Part shown: positions 49,431 through 62,200 of the stretch, piece after piece
Layout: each line of letters opens with the position of its first letter
How positions within the stretch are numbered: the first letter of the stretch is position 1
Assembly: GCA_052327205.1 (NCBI GenBank)
Contig: CM126204.1
Location: 266,290,001 to 266,354,000 of the forward strand
Direction of reading: 5' to 3'
Origin: Somniosus microcephalus
Lineage: Eukaryota
DNA: 64,000 bases
Position numbers and translations under genes: made by a program
The notes under the pieces: model-generated
What the model was told of the DNA's origin: nothing
What the model saw: only the letters and a program-made list of their open reading frames with translations
Database searches by the model: none

Positions 49431-49995
49431 GAATGTTGTATAAGAGGGAACACGATGATAAATGCAGATGTGAAACTTCATTTGTTCTGAAAACAGTAGC
49501 ATTCAATAGAACCAGGAACATTTTCAGAAAGTGACCTCTGCCATTCCCTGTTCTTCAAGTTAAGAAGTAATTTTGTTGTTCAAGAAAATCCATTTAAACT
49601 CGGTTTGTGACACAGGAGTAGAGGCAACAAATTCAAAATTGTGCCCATTCCTTCCAGATGTTATAATTCCTCCAGTGTGTACAGGAAGTCAGGGGAATAC
49701 ATTTTATATTAAAATAGCACAGCATTTTGATTTATTTGACTTTTAAGTCAAGTGATGTTGAAGTGAGTTGATCCCTGACATTGTCACAGCACAGGTAAAA
49801 AGGCTTTTTTTTAACTTTGCAGTAGTCAATAGGTTCATTGCTGCTCAGAATCAGCGCTTGTTTCTCCTACTAAAAGTAATAAAAGTAACGGTTAACAAAA
49901 TCCTTCCAATATTTGGGTTATATGTTAAACTGCTTACTCAAATTATGTCTGTAGCATTTTCTACTTTGAAACATTTTTAATATCTATAACATAAT

Positions 49996-52507
49996 GGCCA
50001 TAATTTTCTGCAGGAGTGAATCTAACAACGTTTAAGTTTTTAAACATTTTGCACAGCAAGTTGCTGAAAGTGCAAGCTGATAACGTCGCATTGAGAGAAA
50101 CCGGGCATCTGAGATCTGAGTGAACAGAGCAAGCAACTGTCTATCTCCTTAACCAATCTGATTGAAGGATTGTGAAATTAACAGCACAAGGACTAAGAAA
50201 GTAATGTAAATTAGAGTAGGTGAATTCAATGCCAAATCAGGTACAGAAAGAGAAATAAAGAAAGGGAAAGAAATATGGGATTAAGAGAGAGAGAAAAAGA
50301 GGCAGAAAGGAAAATTAATTTTTTTTAAATCTCCAGCAACAATGAAAACCTGAGGGAATGAGACTCTACACTTGCAATAGTTAATTTTCAATGACAGAGA
50401 GGTTGACTGGCAGTAATTAACACTTATCATGTCATTAAAAGGGTACTTGGACTGAAATGAACAAGATTTAACTTCCTGTGGCAAGTTTCTACCGTGCAAA
50501 TACAGGAACTTCACACCGTTCAATGCATTTCAATGTTGAGACAGACAGCGAGACACCGTTTTCGCGAAGCTCATGGCTTCTCGGACAGCAACTTTTGGAT
50601 TTCTGTGACCAATCAGGCATCTGCCCTCACCTGAAGAGGACAAGACCGAGAAATTAGTAGTGGTGAACGTGGAGATGGCAAATACGCTGAACAAATATTT
50701 TGTATCAGTCTTTACAGTAGAGGACACTAAAAATATCCCAACACTGGACAAACAGGGGGCTATTGGGGGGGGGGAGGAGCCAAACACGATTAAAATCACC
50801 AAGAAGATGGTACTTGGTAAGATAATGGGACTTAAGGCGGATAAATCCCCTGGACCTGATGGCTTACATCCTAGGGTCTTGAGAGAAGTAGCGGTAGGGA
50901 TTGCGGATGCATTAGTGGTAATTTTCCAAAACTCCCTGGATTCAGGAAAGGTCCCAGCAGATTGGAAAACTGCTAATGTAACACCCTTATTTAAAAAGGG
51001 AGGTAGACAAAAGGCTGGAAACTATAGACCAGTTAGCCTAACATCTGTGGTTGGTAAAATGTTGGAGTCCATTATTAAGGAAGCAGTAACAGGACATTTG
51101 GATAAGCATAATTTAATCGGACAGAGTCAGCATGGTTTTATGAAGGGGAAATCATGCTTGACAAATTTGCTTGAATTCTTTGAGGATGTAACAAACAGGG
51201 TGGATAAAGGGGAACCAGTGGATGTGGTGTATTTGGACTTCCAAAAGGCATTTGACAAGGTGCCACACAAAAGATTACTGCACAAGATAAAAAAATCACG
51301 GGATTGGGGGTAATATACTGGCATGGGTGGAAGATTGGCTATCTAACAGAAAACAGAGAGTTGGGATAAATGGTTCATTCTCGGGTTGGCAATCAGTAAC
51401 TAGTGGTGTTCCGCAGGGGTCAGTGCTGGGACCCCAACTCTTTACAATCTATATTAACGATTTGGAGGAGGGGACCAAGTGCAACGTATCCAAGTTTGCT
51501 GACGATACAAAGATGGGAGGGAAAGCAGTGAGTGAGGATGACATAAAAAACCTGCAAAAGGACATAGACAGGCTAAGTGAGTGGGCAGAAATTTGGCAGA
51601 TGGAATATAATGTTGGAAAGTGTGAGGTTATGCACTTTGGCAGAAAAAATCAAAGAGCAAGTTATTATCTAAATGGAAAGAAACTGCAAAGTGCTACAGT
51701 ACAAAGGGATCTGGGGGTCCTGGTGCATGAAACACAGAAGGTTAGTATGCAGGTACAGCAAGTGATCAGGAAGGCCAATGGAATCTTGGCTTTTATTGCA
51801 AGGGAGATGGAGTATAAAAGCAGGGAAGTCTTGCTTCAGTTATACAGGGTACTGGTGAGGCCACACCTGGAATACTGCGTACAGTTTTGGTTTCCATATT
51901 TAAGAAAAGATATACTTGCTCTCGAGGCAGTTCAGAGAAGGTTCACTCCGTTGATTCCGGAGATGAGGTGGTTGACTTATGAGGAAAGGTTGAGTAGGTT
52001 GGGCCTCTACTCATTGGAATTCAGAAGAATGAGAGGCGATCTTATCAAAACATATAAGATTGTGAGGGGGCTTGATCGGGTGAATGTGGGGAGGATGTTT
52101 CCACTGATGGGTGAGACTAGAACTAGGGGGCATAATCTTAGAATAAGGGGCTGCCGTTTCAAAACTGAGATGAGGAGAAACTTCTTCACTCAGAGGGTAG
52201 TAAATCTATGGAATTTGCTACCTCAGAGAGCTGTGGAAGCTGCGACATTAAATAAATTTAAAACGGAGATAGACAGTTTCCTAGCTGATAAGGGAATTAA
52301 GGGTTATGGGGAGTGGGCAGGGAAGTGGACATGAGTCTAAGTTCGGATCAGCCATGATCCTATTGAATGGCGGAGCAGGCCCGAGGGGCCGTATGGCCTA
52401 CTCCTGCTCCTACTTCTTATGTTCTTATGAAGTTGCTGTAGCATTTGCGCATAAATAACACCAAGCGCCATTAGCCTCACCATTATTTTGAAAGCAACTT
52501 GTGGCCC
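49996..52507. mobile_element. GGCC..AATT-ended non-autonomous element split by a CR1 insertion
   Basis: Left end GGCCATAATTTT, right end AACTTGTGGCCC; TGAAG is repeated at both CR1 junctions. Confidence 0.5.
50635..52429 (+). mobile_element. Young 5'-truncated CR1 LINE (RT domain with one frameshift at the A-run near 51290)
   Basis: ORFs 50660-51313 and 51327-52334: KSPGPDG, NYRPVSLTS, LDFQKAFDKVPH, GVPQGSVLGP, FADD, RPHLEYCVQFW. Tail TTCTTATGTTCTTATG. Confidence 0.95.
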
Positions 52508-53009
52508 TTTAAATTTACTATGAATTTTGTGCACTCCTTATTTGGGCATAACACAGTCTTGCCTGCAACTGGACACTTCTACCACCAGGGAGAGCTTCAT
52601 AAGCTCCAGAAGTGGCAGATCCCCACACTACAGCATCACTAATGCCACTCTGAAGAACATTTGTTTTGTGCTAACCTTCCATTGGCAAAACCACAAGAGT
52701 TCCACAGGGTGTTAAAAGATGTTTTGCTATCTCTCCACCAATATTACACTGCGACAACTCCAGTGTTCATGTTATTCTTACACAACTCAATAGATTAGCC
52801 TCATAGCTATGTAACTTTACATATATTGCCATTGTAGGGGAGTTTTTTCTGGGTTTGAGCCCTGACAATCTCACCTTGTAAATGCTTCTATCAAGTTGAG
52901 AATCTAGGCCAGTGACTGTACACCTTGTCTCAACTAAGCCACGAATAAGCCACACATTCCTTCAGTTGAACATCAGGAAAAAAAACAGCCATTGTTAATG
53001 GCCTCACCA

Positions 53010-53236
53010 CTCCACTATTGGTGGGACAGCCTTCAGCCTCTCTGAAACTCACTTCCCAAACCTTTCCATGTTCTAACCCCCCTTCCTACCTTTAAAAGCC
53101 TTTCTAGAAGCCAGCATTTAGTCACCTTGAAACCCGTGCTCAAAAGGCTCAGCGTCTGTGCCCCTCCTTTCTATGTGAAACACAAAGGGACATTTTTCCG
53201 TATTGAGGGCACTATGTAAATGCAAGTTGTTGTTGC
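53010..53236 (+). mobile_element. L2 3' tail fragment
   Basis: CCACTATTGGTGGGACAGCCTTCAGC..GGCACTATGTAAATGCAAGTTGTTGTTG. Confidence 0.6.
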
Positions 53237-54065
53237 CTTATTTTTATTTGGCAATTTTAAACTGCAGGATTAGAACTTCCAACAAAAGTTGCCTTGGGTT
53301 TACAGGAAGGAGATATATCCTTCTTACTAAAAACATCTATGGATCTGGGCTAAATCTCGCAAAAAAAAATTACCTTTTCAAAGCAAGTCAAATCTTGAAT
53401 TGCTGAAACATCCTGGACATCGAATTAGTGTTCCTGCGAAACAAAACGCATTTTCTTCTTATAAATTCAGATGTAAAGAAGGAGCATGACATTTTTTTTA
53501 AAAGAGAAATGATGCTGGCAGGCTGGTTTTAGTATCCAGTAATTTGCCCAAAGCTCCCCTGCATGCTGATTGTTCCCTGAACTGTATGAGTTTGCGGGAG
53601 ACTGACTGAAAGTGTTCCATTCCTTGGATACAAAGTAACAAAGTAGAAATTGCTGTGCAGCCAAGCTTTGCCTGTTACGCCCAATTGCATTGGTTACACA
53701 TTATCCCCGGCAGCTCCCATTGGTTACTCATCAGTTCTTCTAACCGGAATTCCAAATACACCACATACCACAATCAGTGTAATACTATACAAACAAATAA
53801 AGAATTTATAACTCCCCTCCAACAGCAGCTCTGTTACTTTTTCAAAGTATCTATTTGTATGTAATTGCATACATTGTGCATGTTTCCCTACACCAGTTGC
53901 AATGTAACCTTGTCGTTGAGGTACCATGTTTGGTGGCGATTGATGTCATCAGAGTCACTGCCTTCCTGTAAAGCACTGGTGGTTCCTGCTGTCTTGTACC
54001 AACATTAAATAGATAGTCGGGGAAACCATGTTTAAAATTCAGCATTGAATCCTTCAAAGTGCAGA

Positions 54066-54420
54066 AGTTATGAGGGGTTTTGATATAGTAAATAGGGAGG
54101 AACTGTTTCCAGTGGCAGAAGGGTCGATAACCAGAGGACACAGATATAAGGTAATTGACAAAAGAACCAGAGGGGAAATGAGGAGACTTTGTTTTACACA
54201 GCGAGTTGTTGTGATCTGGAATGCACGGCCTGAAAGGGCAGTGGAAGCAGATTCAATAGTAACTTTCGAAAGGGAATTGGATAAATACTGGATGAGGAAA
54301 AGAATTGCAGTGCTATGAGGAAAGAGCAGGGGAGTGGGGCTAATTGGAGAGCTCTTTCAAAGAGCTGGCACAGGCACAATGGGCCGAATGGCCTCCTTCT
54401 GTGCTGTATGATTCTATGAA
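54066..54420 (+). mobile_element. CR1 3' end
   Basis: MRGFD.VN.E.LFPVAEGS.TRGH..K..F.QRVV..WN; tail GTATGATTCTATGA. Same subfamily as 21203-21730. Confidence 0.9.
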
Positions 54421-55945
54421 GTTGAAAATCCTGTGGGGCAGTTGCAGCCGATAATCTTCAGCATCACTGGGGCTAATTTAATCACAGAATTGTATTCCAT
54501 CCTATATCTAGACATTTCCACAGTTTTAAAAAAAATGAATTAAGTGCTTCGTTCAGAGTTTTCTCAACAACGTATTTTGTTTTCTTTTAATATATGTTAA
54601 ATGTTTACTATCAGTTGACTTTATTACTGCACAGGGAGGTCAGTCTCTTTCACTTACATTTCTTCTCACTGGACTACAGTAAAGGGGGAGTCCACAAGGA
54701 ACAGCTCCTTTTCCTCCCCTCCACAGTGACCACCTCTCCAGCTATCTACAACTGTGGCCTCGCACTAGAAAGAAGTGGAAAGAGATAAATTATTACAATC
54801 ACCTCCTGGCAAGAGCTGGACCATTTTCAGTTCATGGGCTGTTCTCGCCTGCAATCGATCCTTCTCATTTGAAAACAGCTGCTCTTCCCAGAACACCACA
54901 GTAACACTATATTCCCAGCACAGATGTTTCTGATTGAATTGTAGATGGTTTCGCTGGAGTTTGGAGTGATCTTTACCTTTGCTTTGCAGCCACTTGACTT
55001 GCAGGGCTGCTGGTTTTGATGCTTCCGTTCCTGTCCCCTGCAGTAGTTATAATGAAGTTTATGCATTTGTTGGCTGCCTTCAAGCTTGTAGATATTGATC
55101 TGAATTCATTTCAACTTTCAGCAGTAATTGGAATTTGCTGCTGTAGTTGAAAGGATAAAGCAGGGGGAAAAAGACATTTCCTCATCTGAAGTGTTTCTGA
55201 CTGAGCATGTGTGACTTTGACTATATGTTAATATAACAGAGAGATGGCATCTCCCCACTCTATGTGAATGCAACTTACCAGTCAATCTACTGATATTATT
55301 ACTAATCAGCATTCTTTTTAACTATTGTTTCTTTTCTTATTGTTCATCTCCAGACCTTTTTTTAAAATCATTATGTTGACATTTCCTTGACCTCCTGGAG
55401 GTAATTTCATTTGTCTTACAAATTGCAGACTCTGGCACTGTAATATTTGCTGTGAATCTTTTCTTAAAAATTCTTTCAATCTTATTATTTATATCATTGC
55501 CTCACCACATTTAATCCCCCCCCCCGTTTCCCCCCCCCCCCCCCAATCACCTGACGAAAACCTGTTGACCCTTTGGAGAAATCCACACCACAGGTAATTT
55601 GAGACTAGAATCTGAATTTGGATTCCCACTAAGGGTTCCTGATGCTCCGGTGGAACGACTTAGAAACTGCTCTAAAACCATTTTGGTTCTATACAACTAT
55701 CCACTTATATATTGGTGGTTTCATGATTGATGAGAGGAAGCTATAATGAGTGGGACATATTATAGATCAGCAGTACCTCAGTTTCTGGATGATAGGTACC
55801 TGAGCCCGCACCCTGGATGCCATTTGCCGCTGGACACTTGCAGGAGCCGTTATGACAATTGTCACTGTGCTGCCCTGGTTGATGTTCAATGCAGGGAGCT
55901 GTAATAATTACTTTCTGCTCTTGATTTTCTGGTTGTCAAATTGGA

Positions 55946-55973
55946 ACACACACACACACACACACACACACAC
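55946..55973 (+). repeat. (CA)n microsatellite
   Basis: Read directly from the sequence. Confidence 0.9.
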
Positions 55974-56574
55974 GTATATTACATATATGTATATTTAAAT
56001 ATTGCTCCAATAAATGGCTGGAGTCTATTACGTTGGGCTCGTCACTGTCTGCACGAGGACTCATTCATCAGGAATCAGTGGCCCCCAGTTCCCTACTAAT
56101 CCCAACGGAAAAGCAGCTTAACAAACCTGCAGCCAAAGAGCACAGAGTAACCCCATGTGGTTCCTTTTCAGTAAGACTGACGGGCAGATCATTTGAAAAG
56201 AGATACTTCCTTCTTTCAATGATCTGCATGTCGATTTGAAATCAATTACTTTTATATTGAAAATAACAAAAAACCATGGAAGAAGGTCCGAGAGCAGCAG
56301 TTTGTGCATTCTCTGGCTGATTAGAAACTAGTATTGTCAGGAAATAGATTGCAGTAAGAAAATGTTCACTAGGGAATGATGAGATGGGGGTTTAGCCTTT
56401 TACTGCCAAGAATTTCAGTGATTTCCAGTGATATGGAGCCAATAACCAAGACACTGTAGCTATCTTTCAAAGACATCAACCTTCAGAACACGATTGAGGA
56501 ATGTCTGTGGTTCTGATAGTTAATTTAAAATGATTCTAGACAGCTTTAATTTTTCTCAGGAGTTTTTCTGTTGG

Positions 56575-56860
56575 AGGAATGGCTAGCATAATCATTTGGA
56601 ACAGCGTCCCCTTCCCATTGGGACTGTAGCTCATATCCATCCCAAACTGTTCTCTCTATTGTGGCTGTAAGGGCCCTGCATGAAATGAGCTTCAGGCTGC
56701 CTCAATCCAGTTCCCAGTTGGGTACATGCCCACAATAGAAAACGACACTTGGTCCTAATTAGCTGTCCTACTCAGAAAGGTGTAAGGAAACAAATAGACT
56801 TGCAGCCAAAAAAACACAGGAAAAAAAATAGACTCAGGGTAAGATTCTGGGCGGAATAAG
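56575..56860 (+). mobile_element. LF-SINE-like ancient SINE remnant
   Basis: TGAAATGAGC..CTCAATCCAGTTCCCAGTTGG..ATGCCCACA resembles my recollection of the LF-SINE core TGAAATGAGTT..CTCAGTCCAGTTCCTAGTGG..TGTCCACA. Not verified by search. Confidence 0.5.
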
Positions 56861-57499
56861 TCTGCGAATTAGTTAACACTTTTGTCGGCTATTTTTTGTA
56901 TATTTAATTCTCCAACATTTGACGTGAAACTGGGTTTAACATTATTACTGTTCTCTAAAATGTTACAAATCTTAACTCAAAGTATAGAGTTAGAAAATGG
57001 TTTTTAAGCAGCAAAACTAGTTTACAATGTGGGTGGTTTTCAGAGGCAGTATTGTGTCAGCTTGATGACTGGACTGGGAAGTAGAGTTAACACAGCTGAT
57101 GAAAGGAATCGCTTCCTAGGCTGCTTCCATCAGCATGGAATGTCTTGACAGACTGGGAGGAGGATTGTACTGCTGTGTAACAGGCTACAACTGAAACCTG
57201 TTATGACATGTGTAGAGCAGAACCTCATTATTACAATCTCTCCGTTTAACACACTTTTCAATCTAGGCTAGCTGAAAGTTCCACTATTGACAGTACAATC
57301 AGTCCAGTCCTTAATAAGAACACATTTACCAGTCCCCATAAACTTGCAATAATGACATTGTTCCTTATTTAACAGAACACATTAATTATGTTGTTTAAGA
57401 TAGGTATGCATTAACATTTAGCTCAAATTAACTTGAAGAAACATTCATTTTTTCTGATTAAACTTATAATGGGTGTTTCCTTAAAGTAAAAACTCTGGG

Positions 57500-58390
57500 A
57501 GAAATGGACACAAATATATCTTAGGTGCCTGCAGCTCCCCAAGCTCTTCTTGGACTTCTAAATCTTAGATGTTACTATGGATAGCCCATCTTGGGGCAAT
57601 GTGCCCTGGAACACAGACTCAACATAAACCCAATGTCTGGGTATGGAGGCTAAAGCCTCTCAACAATCTCCCTGTCTAGTCTGTCCTTCATATATCCCAG
57701 AAGATCAGAAGGAGTGCAGCCTTGTACTACAAAGATGTCTCAGTTGCAATTACTACAAATAAATTCAGACCCTAACATGAGAAAGGCATCATTGGGCTGG
57801 ATCATGTCCTCCACGAACAGAGGATCTTGTTCTCACACTTTTCCAAAAGCCAGACTTGGTCTTTAATTTACGTGAGATAAAATCCAGCTAGAGCTAAACA
57901 TCCTGAGTCCCAAAGACATACATATGCATATCTCTGCCCTGGACACTGAACTCACTTCCACATTATCAGACTCCACAGCAAGCCTGAAGGAAGCCAGAGA
58001 GTGATACTTAAGCCACCAAATATTGAAGGTAGAATAGAGAAAAATTTGGGAACAATCACTTACAATCACCTCTTACAGTAAAATGCAAGAGGCCCAATTC
58101 AAACTCATACATTGAATGTGCTACACCCACATACGCTCCACAGGTATCAGCCTTTTGTGGCAGCTGAATGCTGTAGAGGATGGGACCTGACTGGAACACT
58201 CCTGTGCACCTTCTCCTCCTGTTCCCAAATCCAGCCACTCCATGCAAAGGATGCTACAAAGTCCATGACTAGGATTGAGACCCCCCCGTCCGACCCACAT
58301 TCTTATCTGCTAGTTCTGGCCACAAGGGTGCGATGGCTACCTGAGATATGCACACTAACACATGTCTCACTGCTAGCAGCAAGAAATTAA
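57500..58390 (+). mobile_element. Degenerate L1-clade LINE ORF2 C-terminal fragment
   Basis: Broken frames give KIWEQ..KMQEAQFKLIH..RLHR..C.R...GTL....CSQIQP, resembling the L1 zf-RVT region. Confidence 0.55.
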
Positions 58391-60010
58391 CAAGATCACA
58401 AAATAGATACAGAAGAGAAAGGGCATTTGATCCATCTCAGCTCATCCATCCAGAAAGACCCTCTCATTCTCCCCTGTTATAGCATCCAACTTAAATGCTT
58501 CTATGGTTTTCAAACCCATGACCCTACCCCAAAATCCATTCCATTTGTGAAAAATCTTCCCTTTTATTAGTTTTGAACCTGTCTCCCCTTGTCCTACTGT
58601 CATGGTTCAGTTTGAAGTGTGCTCTGAATGTATCTATTCTATCCCATTAATTATCTTATATGCCTGTATGAAATCATGTCTCAAGTACCTCCTCTGAAAA
58701 GCTGAAGCTTTTTTCATATGTCTGACAGCACGAGTCAGTTGCAAGCTAGTCTTTTAATTTTTGCCAAGGCACAAATGTCTCCGATAGCAAAATACTGCAG
58801 ATGCTGGAAATCCGAAATAACAACAGAAAATGCTGGAAAAACTCAGCAGGCCAGGCAACATCCGTGGAGAGAAATTAAAAGTCGACGTTTCGGGTTGAAA
58901 CCCTTTTTCAAAACTGGAAAGGAAATAAAATAGATCGAAGGCAGGGCTGCGATAGAACAAAAGAGAAGTAAAGAGACATTAAGAGGTATTCAAAACCAGA
59001 CGAGATGGTAATAGGACAGAGGAGACAAAGACGGCTCAGATTAGGTGTGACGTGTACTGGCAGGATGAGAAACAGCTGCCATGTGGGAAAGAGAAAAAAA
59101 AGGAAAGGGGGGGGGAAAGGGAAGACCCAAAACAAAGGGGTGGAAAAGAAATATATAAGTAAAAATATCGAGTTCAACAATTTCAGATCATAACCTCGGC
59201 CCCTATTACATTTTTACTTATATATTTCTTTTCCACCCCTTTGTTTTGGGTCTTCCCTTTCCCCCCCCCTTTCCTTTTTTTTCTCTTTCCCACATGGCAG
59301 CTGTTTCTCATCCTGCCAGTGCACTTCACACCTAATCTGAGCTGTCTTTGTCTCCTCTGTCCTATTACCATCTCGTCTGGTTTTGAATACCTCTTAATGT
59401 CTCGTCACTTCTCTTTTGTTCTATCGCAGCCCTGCCTTCAATCTATTTTATTTCCTTTCCAGTTTTGAAAAAGGGTTTCAACCCGAAACGTCGACTTTTA
59501 ATTTCTCTCCACGGATGTTGCCTGGCCTGCTGAGTTTTTCCAGCATTTTCTGTTGTTATTTCACAAATGTCTCCCTTGTGTCTGAGTGGCCAGAACTGGA
59601 CACAGTACTCGAGGTGGGAGCTGACCAGATCACTATACAGTTGCCACATGATTTCCTCTAACTTGCATTCGAATGTTTTGGCCATTTCCTTTGTTAATTG
59701 CTGCTCCACAGTGGTTATATATGTCCAGCATCAAATCCACTGAAACTCCTAGATCTCTTTTAACTTCATCCTTACCTATGTTGGCTCCCTTCATGGAACA
59801 CCTTTGTCATCTTTGTGTTGTTCCTAAGTGCAGCAGTTTAAACTGTTCATATTCTGGCCACTTACAAATTTTGTCTAAGTCACTTTATATTTCCTGAGCT
59901 GCCTCCTCAGAATCAAATGACCCTCTTAGTCTGGTATCGTCTTCCACCAATATCTATTGAGTTTCTGAACCCAGGTCATTGATGTAAATCAGAAACAGTA
60001 GGGTTTCCAA
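58390..60010 (-). mobile_element. Old CR1 3' fragment, interrupted by the Penelope fold-back
   Basis: Minus-strand LYSDLVSSHLEYCVQFWPLRHKGDI ends exactly at the insertion; CR1 tail motifs at 58400-58700. Confidence 0.8.
58783..59561. mobile_element. Penelope-derived long fold-back insertion with 13-bp TSD
   Basis: CACAAATGTCTCC at 58770-58782 and 59562-59574. Inverted arms 58814-59166 and 59210-59562. Confidence 0.9.
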
Positions 60011-61750
60011 CATCACTTTAAACTTAAATAGTTAAACTCTGTCATGATCTTTGGAAGTCAAGATTTACCCTCCTGTAATGACAAGCCCCTACTCCATGGA
60101 CCAGAAACATGTAGACTAAGCACCTGTGGATGTATCCTAGGAAGAGCACATGATATACAGCCTCTGCTTAGAACTGGCAAATTTCAAATTTCAAATATGA
60201 ACACCCTTCCTGGAGGCCCATGCAACAAGAGCCCTCTCACTAACTCCACCACCCACTCTCTGAGAGGAATGGGCAGGGTGATGTAAGGTAGAGAATTGGA
60301 GTGTACCAACAGCTGCACAACGCAGCTACACCTCCAGAGCTGGGATGATAGACCTGTGGCCAACCATTCCTCCTTTAGTCATCCTGTTCCACAAGTGTGT
60401 GTAAAACTATTGTACAAATATATTGTCAATGTACCTTCCTGTAAGTGGCATGTTATACAAGAACTACAGTGATATCGGAACCAGTGTATGATGTTCTTAT
60501 TCAATTTTTTTCCCAAAGAACTGCATGTACCGCAACTTTGTTGTTAAATCTCATTCAGATTTACAGTAGTTTATTTGTAATGATTAGCTCTTTAACAGCT
60601 GTATTGGCTACTGTCTTGCATTACTGTTAAACTCAGAAATTTGTATGGAAAATGGCTTATAAAAAAACAGTGGGAGAGTAAGGACCACTAACACAGGGTA
60701 GCATAGAAAAGTATTGCCCTCTCACGCTCCCATTGTTTTCAAAGGGAGTAAAGAAATACTGGCAAGAAGCCAGCATGATTGAATCACACAGTAGCAACAG
60801 CAGATTACCAGAGTGACACTTATAGAAGCAAAATTTAACCAAAAATAAACTGCTCTTTCTTACAGTGTATGACTCAATATATAAAACTATACTATAGTGC
60901 ACAGATTGGTTGTACACTGTATCTGAATAATGCCCCTTAAATACACTCCCTTCCTCCATCACATTCACCAATATGTTTAAACTCCAACGGATTGTGGAAG
61001 GAAGCCCACAATCAACTCTTGTTTCAGAAACTATGCAGCTATTGCTGGAGCTCCTTACCAACACTTTTATCAAGCCTTTTTTCCATTAACCAATGGCAGG
61101 AATTGATTTCTATTTTCTCGATAGCGGACAGAGCATTTATAGAAGATAAGTGTGACTGTGTCAAACTTGTTTACTCATCAGATTCTTGTTGAATACTGCA
61201 TTCCATTCTTAGAACACAATAAGAAATATTCTTGGCAGGAAATTGTATTTTATTGCCAAAGATTCATTGTGCTGCGTCTTTGTTGAGAACAAGAATTCCT
61301 CAAGCTGAAAAATGTTTCCACTGAATGAGTTTCTAAAATCAGATTGTTCAGATTTCTTCAGGATTCACCTGTGTGGTGTAGCCACTAACTCCAGATGGAC
61401 AGGAACTTATAATGCTCAATCCCTTTTTGTGCTTCCCCTTCAAAAACTACAAGGAGCGTACAGAAGGTTTTCAGTCAGTACTTCACAATACACATTCTGC
61501 AGGTGCCTCTCTCAAAATAGCCATAAGAGACAGCATAAATCTCTGTAGGGTGAGTTAGAAAATAACTCACAGGCCTCAGCTGTATGGTAGCTCCTCCACT
61601 TAGAACTAGAATGGGCTGTTGATCCCAAAGTACTGTAAGAGCCAGTGACCTTCTGATTATGAACTTGTGATAGTCGAAAAAGTCCTTTTTATTGAAGGTC
61701 AGCTTATCAAGATTGGAGCACCTTTACGTAATGGAGCTTCTATTGGATTA

Positions 61751-62126
61751 AGAACATAAGGGCATAAGAAATAGGAGCAGGAGTAGGCCAGACAGCGCCT
61801 TGAGCCTGCTCCGCCATTCAGTAAGATCATGGCTGAACTTGTATATCAACTCCACCTTCCTGCCCTATCCCCATATCCCTTGATTCCATTAGTGCCCAAA
61901 AAATCTATCGATCTCTGTCTTGAATATACTCATCGACTGAGTATCCACAGCCCTCTGGGGTAGAGAATTCCAAAGATTCACAACACTCTGAGTGAAGAAA
62001 TTTCTCCTCATCTCAGTCCTAAATGGCCAACCCCTTTACCCTGAGACTATGACCCCAGTTCTGAATTCTTTAGCCAGGGGAAACAGCCTCGCAGCATCTA
62101 CCCTGTCAAGCCCTGTAAGAATTTTA
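61751..62126 (-). mobile_element. CR1 3' end
   Basis: CATAAGAAATAGGAGCAGGAGTAGGCC..CCACAGCCCTCTGGGGTAGAGAATTCCAAAGATTCAC..GAAGAAATTTCTCCTCATCTC. Confidence 0.9.
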
Positions 62127-62200
62127 AGGGATTGGGGGAAAGACTTGTTAATAACAAGAAACTTGTAATATTAAAACTTGTTATGTATTGAAGGCATGTA

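Noticed and set aside
58718-59709. Mirror-image ORF pairs (MVIGQRRQR.., MFYRSPAF..)
   Set aside because: Artefacts of the inverted duplication of non-coding Penelope pseudo-LTR sequence.
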